A stretch of 64,000 nt of DNA from Candidatus Omnitrophota bacterium (GTDB lineage: Bacteria; Omnitrophota; Omnitrophia; Omnitrophales; Aquincolibacteriaceae), in NCBI GenBank assembly GCA_030698625.1, contig JAUYMS010000024.1, positions 482-64,481 of the forward strand, read 5' to 3'. The translations under genes and the position numbers were made by a program. Below are positions 59,501 through 64,000 of the stretch, piece after piece. Each line of letters starts with the position of its first letter. Positions within the stretch are counted from its first letter, which is position 1. A model generated the notes under the pieces. The model did no database searches. It saw only the letters and a program-made list of their open reading frames with translations, and was not told the DNA's origin.

Positions 59501-62500
59501 CGTTCGCCCGACAGCGACTCCGTTTCTTGTTTCAACTTTCGCATGCGTTCCTGCCACTCCGTTTGCAGCTTAGCAGTCTGTTCTTCTCTCGATGAAAGCT
59601 CTGCACGGGTCTTATCTAAAAGACCCTGCCGTTCTGCAATTTCCCCCTGGGTCCGCGTCAACTCATCTTCGGCTATTTTCTGCTTCGCCGTCCACTCCAT
59701 TTGTTCTCGCTCAAAGTCTTCCCTCTGACGCCCGAGACGACTCTCCGTCGATGACTGTTTCTCCGCGAACGCTGCCCGGCGAGCATCAAACTCCTTTTGT
59801 CCCTCGGAGAACTTCTCCTCATCACGCTTCAATTCAGACTTTTGTGCCGACAGGGTAGTTCGATCGTCTTCCAGTTTTTCAGTCGCTTTCCCCAATTCCA
59901 AACGCTCGGCATCTAAAAGCAGCTTCGCATCATTTAATGCTTCACGTTCATCGCGCAATTTTTCACTTCCAAGCTTCATGTCCTGCTCTCTGCTTGCCAG
60001 AGCCGTCTCCCTTTCAACCATTTCAGTCTTCCAGCCGCGGATTTTCGCCTCGACAGCATTACGTTCCGTAGCAAGAGCCTTACGCTCACCCTCTTGGTCG
60101 GTTTCAAATGCGCGACGCCTGGTCTCAAGCTCTTCACTTAAGCGTCTCTGCTCTCCCTGCGAAGCTTCCAACTGCTTGTTCTCTCTCGCCAGCTCAGCCC
60201 GCGCCTTCTCCCATTCGGCCAAGTCACGGCTCAACTCCGTACGCTTTTGTTCCACGCCCTGTTCCGATTCTTCAAGGCTACGAAGTTGTTCTGCGATATC
60301 TGCCGACTTCCGGTCAGCCTTTTCTGCCTCCGCATTGGCGGCACGTGTCTTATCGGATAAAAGCTGTTGTGCGATCGCCTGCTCTGCTTGCCACTCTGAT
60401 TTTGCCGTGCGCAGGGCTTCTCTATCCCGTTTAATCATTTCCCGTTCTGTGGCCTGCTCTGCGGTTAAAGAATTCAAGCGGTCTTTTTCCTTTGTTACGG
60501 CCGCGCGACCCTTCGCAGACTCCTCCGACTCACGTTCTAAAGCAGTCCGCTGCTCAGCCATTTCCTTCTCGGCCTGCTGTAGTTTCTCTAATCGCTTCTT
60601 CGCTTCCGAATCCTGCTGTTGCAATTTCCCCAGTTTGCCACTCAGCAGGGCAGACTCGCTTTCGAGACGGCTTTTCTGAGCCGCGAGTTCTCTCTCCGCA
60701 TGCTCACGGTTCGCCTCCCACGTAGCCACCTGCGAGGTGTGTGCCGTTTGGCGCACCGCAAAATCTCTTTCCTCGGCAGCCAGTTTCTCCCGTTCCGTCT
60801 CCTGCTCGGCAGTCATTAATTCCAAACGTGTCCGTTCCTTTTCGAGCGCTACCGTTTTGGCTTGAGTTTCGGCTAGACTTTTTTCTGCCGCACTCCGTGC
60901 AACCGTCACTTGCCTTTCCGAACCCTCAAGTTGGGCGAACCGGGCATTCATATCCGAGGCCCGGCGGTCCAAGTCATTCGCTCGCGTTTCAAGTGACGCA
61001 GATTTTTCGCCGAGTTGCCGCTCTTCGCGCTCAAGTTTTGCCTGTAAATTTTTCTGTGCTTCATGCCATCGCTCCCGCTCCGACGCAAAAGCGGCTTGTT
61101 CGAATTTAAGGCTCTCCGTCAATTCAATCTGCCTTTCGCCAAAAGTCTGTTTTTCATCCTCGAACGCCTTAGTCATCTCCTCCTGGCGATTCCGCTCGGC
61201 CTGCAACCGGGAGCTGTTCCTTTCCAGATCTTGCTGCGCCTGTTCTAAGGCTTTTCTATTTCGCTCAAACGCCGCACGCTGTGCGGCCAATTCTGCATCA
61301 GTCTTCTGGAGGCTGTCTAAGCGTTCATGGATCATTTGAGTCTGGCGTTCGATTTCTCGCTGCCTTTCTTTAAGCAGAATATCTTGTTTTTCCACGGCAG
61401 TTTTAACATCCGCCAGTTCAATTCTTGCACCCTTAAGCCCGGTCTCTCGCCTCGAAAGCTCTCCGTTGATTTCCCGCTGACGGGCCGCTAATTCCTCCTG
61501 CTCCCGTTTCATCTGAGCCAACTCAGCATATTTATTCTCCAGGATCTTTTCCTGTTCACTAATCGCATTTTGCTCACCATCCAACTGACGCCGCATCTCC
61601 TGAGTATTTTTCTCCGCAAACGCGACAGCCTTCGCGCGCGCATCCAGTTCGGCGGATTGAGCAGCAAGTTCTTGGGAGCGCTCGGAAAAATCAGCCACCT
61701 GCTTTTTCAGCCGTTCCTCTGTGCGGGAAAAGTCAGCAAGCGCGTCTTCCTGTCTGTTCGTCAATGCCGCCTCTTGTGCCGACAAAGCGTTAGTACGCTC
61801 CGCGAAGTCTTTTTCACGTTTTATTCTTGCGGCTTCATCACTCTGCTTAGCCGCAGTCAATTCAGCCTGGAGCCCTTGGACCGTCTGGCGTTCCTTCTCC
61901 AATGTCTGGCGCTCATCGCGCGCCTCAGACAAAGTCTTTTCCAGATTTTCCTTTTCGATCTGAATCCTAGCCTTATCCGACTTCAACTCGTCAAAGTCCT
62001 TTTTGGCCTTCTCAGTCTGCGCCGCCAATTCAGCTGCACGCTTCTGCGTAACGGCGGCTCTCTCATTAAGGCTCTTTACTTTAGCCGCGAGAACGGTTTG
62101 GGCCTTTTTATACGCGGCCTCCCATTTTGTGTTTTTTTCATTGAAGGATTTCTGCAAACCGTCAAAGACCTGCCGATCTTGTTCAAATGCAGCCGCACGT
62201 TCATTCAGCAACGCGACCTGGCTATCCGATTCGGCGCGCTGATCTGTAAGAGTCTTCTCACTCCTAGAAAGCTCGGACTTTTGAAGCTCAAGCGCTTGTT
62301 CCGTCTTAATGATTTCGGCGGTCCGATCTTTGATATCTTTCGAGCGCTCATTTATCTGAAGTTCCTTACTTTCTATCTCGGCCCGGGCTCGCTCTTGGTC
62401 CCCGCGCTCGGCATCAAGCGCCTTACGCTCCTGGACCTGCTTTGCGACGAGGCTGTCGAGCTCTTTGCGCTCACGGGCAAAACTCTCGCTCTTTTCCTTT

Positions 62501-64000
62501 AATTCGGCTGTCCGACGATCCAGGTCTGCGGTCGCCCCCTGATTACGCGTCTCAGCCGCCGCCAAAGTTAATTCCTTCGCAGTCAGCAGCTTTTCTGTCT
62601 TAACGATTTCGGCAGCAAGGCGATTAAGGTCGGTCGCCCGTTTTTCGATCGCATCGCGATCCACATTCAATTCATGGCTGCGCTCACTCAGATTTTTCGC
62701 TTCCTGCTGCAGACGACCGTTCTCACCCTCCAGCCCTGACGCTTTAGCCGACACTTCTCCCTCACGTTGATCCAGTGCTTTTCTCTGATTTCGTAACTTG
62801 CCTGCCTCGGCCACCAGAGACTTTTTACTTATATCGATGCGGCTGCGCTCCTGCTCCAAGGCAAGAATACTCTGAGACAAATCTTCCTCACGCTTCTTGA
62901 TGCGTTCCAGGCGGACTTCCGTTTTCTTCTCCTGCACATCGACTTGCCGCAATCGCGTCTCTGTTTCTTTGAGACGCTTCGTCACATCAGACTCCCGCTC
63001 TGCCACTGCCTGCTCGCGACCCTCAATCTCAGTGCGCCATTCAGTCTGTTTCACCTCAAACGCCTCTTGCTGAGATCCAAATCGCTCCACGGCACTCTCA
63101 AGGCTGTTTCTGTGCCCATCCAATTCTTTTTGTCGCCCCTCGACACTCTTCTGTTCAGCTGCAAGCGCCTCGCGTATTTCCTGAGTCTGGGTTTGCCATT
63201 CCGCTCGCTCTTGCTCGAACTTTTTGGTGGCATCTTCAAAAACTTCACCGAGCCACACTTGCTCAGTTAGCCGAAGCTCAAGCTTATTCCGCGCTTCGTC
63301 TAAAGCGGTCGTGTCTGCAACTAAGCGAGCTTCCCGGGCTGCAACGTCTTTCTTACTGGCCTCAAAGGCTGCTAACTTCTGAGCCGTTTCCGCCTCTCTT
63401 GCGACAACTTCATCAAGTCTTGCCTGCACACTTTCCGATTTCCTGACTAAACCCTGTTGCTGATCCGCGAAGGCTTTCTGCTCCGCGGCGAGATTAGTCA
63501 CAGCCGACTCCACAGCGGCCCTTTCCTTATTGAGGGCTGCCGCACGGCTCTCAAAATCCTTCAATCCCTCCGTTAGCGCACCCTGCCGTTCTTTCAGGTC
63601 CTTTTCACCTTGAGCGAGCTTAGCCGCTCGGCTTTCGAGCGCTCCGGTCTGCTGTTGTAAGTCTCGGGCAAGTTTTTCGAACTCTGACTTAGTTTTCTTT
63701 CGCTCGGATTCCCGGGCCGCAGCGCGCTTCTCCAGCGCACCCTCGGCTTCGGCAAACTCTTGCCCACGCTGTTTACGCTCCTCATTAAACTGCGCCCACA
63801 AGGCTTCGAGATCGCTGCGCTCTCTGGCCTCCGCCTGCAACAACTGGTCCACTTTAGCGCGTTTGACATCAATCGATTGGGCGCGTTCGGTCAATTGCTT
63901 CGTCACACCTTCCAACTCTCCGCGCAGAGCCTCAAACCGAGTCTCACCATCAAGCAATGCGGCACCCTTCTCATCAAGTGCCCCGGCACGCTCTTTTAAT
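53572..64000 (-). CDS. Giant coiled-coil protein, more than 3461 aa. The 5' end lies beyond the window: the frame stays open past 63957 to the window edge. Uniformly E/K/R/Q/A/L-rich heptad-like sequence with no recognisable globular domain in the visible part.
   Basis: A 10.4 kb uninterrupted ORF ending at the TAA at 53572. The track's 'start' at 63957 is an internal TTG. I translated codons upstream of it to the window end (…LKERAGALDEKGAA-LDGET…) and found no stop. Confidence 0.85.
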   Translation of the reverse strand, partial: LKERAGALDEKGAALLDGETRFEALRGELEGVTKQLTERAQSIDVKRAKVDQLLQAEARERSDLEALWAQFNEERKQRGQEFAEAEGALEKRAAARESERKKTKSEFEKLARDLQQQTGALESRAAKLAQGEKDLKERQGALTEGLKDFESRAAALNKERAAVESAVTNLAAEQKAFADQQQGLVRKSESVQARLDEVVAREAETAQKLAAFEASKKDVAAREARLVADTTALDEARNKLELRLTEQVWLGEVFEDATKKFEQERAEWQTQTQEIREALAAEQKSVEGRQKELDGHRNSLESAVERFGSQQEAFEVKQTEWRTEIEGREQAVAERESDVTKRLKETETRLRQVDVQEKKTEVRLERIKKREEDLSQSILALEQERSRIDISKKSLVAEAGKLRNQRKALDQREGEVSAKASGLEGENGRLQQEAKNLSERSHELNVDRDAIEKRATDLNRLAAEIVKTEKLLTAKELTLAAAETRNQGATADLDRRTAELKEKSESFARERKELDSLVAKQVQERKALDAERGDQERARAEIESKELQINERSKDIKDRTAEIIKTEQALELQKSELSRSEKTLTDQRAESDSQVALLNERAAAFEQDRQVFDGLQKSFNEKNTKWEAAYKKAQTVLAAKVKSLNERAAVTQKRAAELAAQTEKAKKDFDELKSDKARIQIEKENLEKTLSEARDERQTLEKERQTVQGLQAELTAAKQSDEAARIKREKDFAERTNALSAQEAALTNRQEDALADFSRTEERLKKQVADFSERSQELAAQSAELDARAKAVAFAEKNTQEMRRQLDGEQNAISEQEKILENKYAELAQMKREQEELAARQREINGELSRRETGLKGARIELADVKTAVEKQDILLKERQREIERQTQMIHERLDSLQKTDAELAAQRAAFERNRKALEQAQQDLERNSSRLQAERNRQEEMTKAFEDEKQTFGERQIELTESLKFEQAAFASERERWHEAQKNLQAKLEREERQLGEKSASLETRANDLDRRASDMNARFAQLEGSERQVTVARSAAEKSLAETQAKTVALEKERTRLELMTAEQETEREKLAAEERDFAVRQTAHTSQVATWEANREHAERELAAQKSRLESESALLSGKLGKLQQQDSEAKKRLEKLQQAEKEMAEQRTALERESEESAKGRAAVTKEKDRLNSLTAEQATEREMIKRDREALRTAKSEWQAEQAIAQQLLSDKTRAANAEAEKADRKSADIAEQLRSLEESEQGVEQKRTELSRDLAEWEKARAELARENKQLEASQGEQRRLSEELETRRRAFETDQEGERKALATERNAVEAKIRGWKTEMVERETALASREQDMKLGSEKLRDEREALNDAKLLLDAERLELGKATEKLEDDRTTLSAQKSELKRDEEKFSEGQKEFDARRAAFAEKQSSTESRLGRQREDFEREQMEWTAKQKIAEDELTRTQGEIAERQGLLDKTRAELSSREEQTAKLQTEWQERMRKLKQETESLSGERADLSARLAQQAEAEKEFRAEAAAFVDKQKAFEKEIGDQRQALNETLTEWTRQKREKESEITERQRKLDQGHADLDTRLMVVQDGEQALEAKRTDLGGKLQDLEQGKKQLLQERAEFSDAGKRLEEREAKLTADRKKYEEQRFAREQEIAERQSLVEGQIAAWDARRNEVEKALVIREQDLRDRLKALETRSEKIEILKQEVDSKEAALDTKRVSNEAEETRVKNERMRIKGLLAAFEEDKREFGLEKKAFESKQGIASMQFLGEKKDFKERQMVWAAEIQAKEDALQKEAERLKAEQDDISKRASALHVSEKALTANQENFREEREVLDRKRETLAAEAANFDKDSALLRQRQEEFSSEKAASDARHNSEERELAAQRTAFDNSVTAWREQQSRAEQQLAADAKHLDEERAKVEAQAVKFEEMESSLETRSNQLKLEGERLALSAKSLEEEKSRLSAEAAKQEQRRIDFLVSKDDWEAKRLQAEQELKRQAEDVERKNADWESRTKKSQDELGLSARQLAEEMRLINEKSEILKGQQSRLEAREQDFEDEMVRLEESKRALEQEKAQFKKATFDEEQLKRELMADKQAFESDQAIWETRRQERWRELAEREDELRQRDLAVQASEEARQLELGRGRQNLAQFEDDLAAQQHALVEREASLESTARRLEAERREIERREVESTERIREVERSKESMLMDSQTLSEKRTEWDERNQKEAEKLAEEARLFNEWAKRWEQEFDVRQQGFDERVQNLDAKAVALEEREVDLILRSDDIEKKMKELLVREKELTALRASQEDLGQERLEAESLKRQLTEQQKTLADENRNLSEQITRLKSAEKNLVSQRDEFAARQAAWEKAIQEKGQELNQKLEQLVEEKKTLEDLRQSIEKDRAELEKIRAELKGSDEHYKKKISEAESMRAALLKEQGSFEALRKQWEKDREALNAEWKKKADAWEVQKQRREKESREQQMEFDRRLRELDDRERDLEEGAKRIRGGGSGRGSDGKELKALQKRLDDRAEQLGSEARDLSKERERLDEERAALDRERKRAEASRLQMAKQFEGKEEQVAVWQTEMAFDVREEDIREERMRLKKRDEELNAAIADLDKREKTYNHQSRQLGESEKRLERDREEFVIEREQWQRRYERIEERLGRQRQELEAQEAAIEARRKSSVLMPEGQDGLGGQAASGDVGNLAAERAALRKERREFDERREKWENKSEKVLTELTRKKGELDMRERELERKYSAEASAFAGRAADIDGRTDQARTRATELEAARSAMDKERGEIRQRHEELEKEERGLYQSTKALEEQQKAFEREREAWEENRKKVADELTAQAEVLNEWQMKWEDEFDQKRKLFNERVERLEKREAEVDKHIAETPAPTGSEGTAQDEVLRNELESARRELTEARASWESEFKSQKEAWEQRARTIEQQEKAVQVRQQSLESARGKIDVDRTALESERVTFEGEKKRLEDDRRSLENERKTWQGKSKKEMSSVAAEKAAFEKRVKEWELERDEETSTYERRVKQLENRLHELRKEESDLKDERSKLERRAEKIEETAQELSKRERVLQERLSDLSRQDEVVESERETFEKMKNEWLKERDAGKEALDKRETDFLQARKTFDENALALDQRIAAWDEEKAGLLRREAETIKADWEKDVAGRERMLSERESKVLSVRATLLGQIKKVREEQERWQTQQQKILADLSVRSEMLEDFDKNFLPRVTEYQMQLDEVKAEIGERAKELDRRSQELEREAQAIRDEKEKFSEARKASVSVRELAVSNWENERQRRETDLKQQEEKIKVDSEGVTSKMAILEEAEKRIVKQREELEKREAELKKLQGKNSDDARRSLKKEQQELAARERDLKKQTTQLKSDRQALEALLRNHEENQEAYEKTRSELSQQEEQVKNREQKLQELEGKLEGRQRELDVRLEQLEKQRIEMVEKNRGLEVRERALESKASQLEAQLVKMRQSLQLN

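Noticed and set aside
53875-63999. Numerous plus-strand ORFs (up to 310 aa) across the coiled-coil gene
   Set aside because: They are antisense to a GAG/CTC/CGC-rich coiled-coil coding region and translate to S/L/R/F-rich sequence; an artefact of codon composition.
1-64000. CRISPR arrays, rRNA genes, IS elements, integrases, prophage or toxin-antitoxin modules
   Set aside because: I scanned for short regularly spaced direct repeats, transposase/integrase-like ORFs and rRNA signatures and recognised none.

Overview
This 64 kb window is almost entirely coding, and all genes but one (lpxA) are on the minus strand. The sequence points to a Gram-negative bacterium (LpxA, UppP, a beta-barrel outer-membrane protein), about 52% GC, read with the standard genetic code.

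The central part (22.6-53.4 kb) is ordinary housekeeping. It contains lpxA, fabF, rpsA, an aromatic amino-acid block (tyrA, DAHP synthase, hisC, pheA), scpB-scpA-trpS, a bifunctional aldolase/SDR, an acyl-CoA dehydrogenase, rlmI, uppP, manC-manB, tRNA-Leu(GAG), tRNA-Gln(CUG), two response regulators, a HIT protein, gltX, nadK, and an xseA-xseB-ispA-dxs operon followed by 5-formyl-THF cyclo-ligase and an OMP.

The unusual content is three giant genes that occupy about half the window:
- Gene B (8699..22357, 4552 aa). It begins with a signal peptide, then a conserved N-terminal domain with 'IxDAH' and 'GGFH' motifs that may be TraB/GumN/Tiki-like. A roughly 1500-aa array of at least five diverged repeat modules follows, each carrying an HTH-like 'VGVHVATVRRWW' motif and punctuated by 'RSELR' linkers. 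Next comes a complete SNF2-family helicase core (motif I GDEPGLGKS, motif II DEAHRFKN, motif III LLLSGT, motif VI QVISRIYRRGQ), then about 1300 aa of uncharacterised sequence.
- Gene A (minus strand, start ATG at 8608, running off the window at position 1, at least 2869 codons). It is missing from the supplied ORF track because it has no stop codon inside the window. I translated it end to end without finding a stop. It is a paralogue of gene B with the same signal peptide, 'IxDAH' and 'GGFH' motifs and 'RSELR' punctuation. It lies in the same reading frame as B, separated only by B's TAA stop and 30 sense codons that contain a 7-bp stem-loop.
- A pure coiled-coil protein of more than 3461 aa (53572 to beyond 64000, 5' end outside the window).

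A perfect 16-bp palindrome lies in the divergent promoter region between gene B and lpxA. I found no CRISPR array, rRNA, transposase or integrase.
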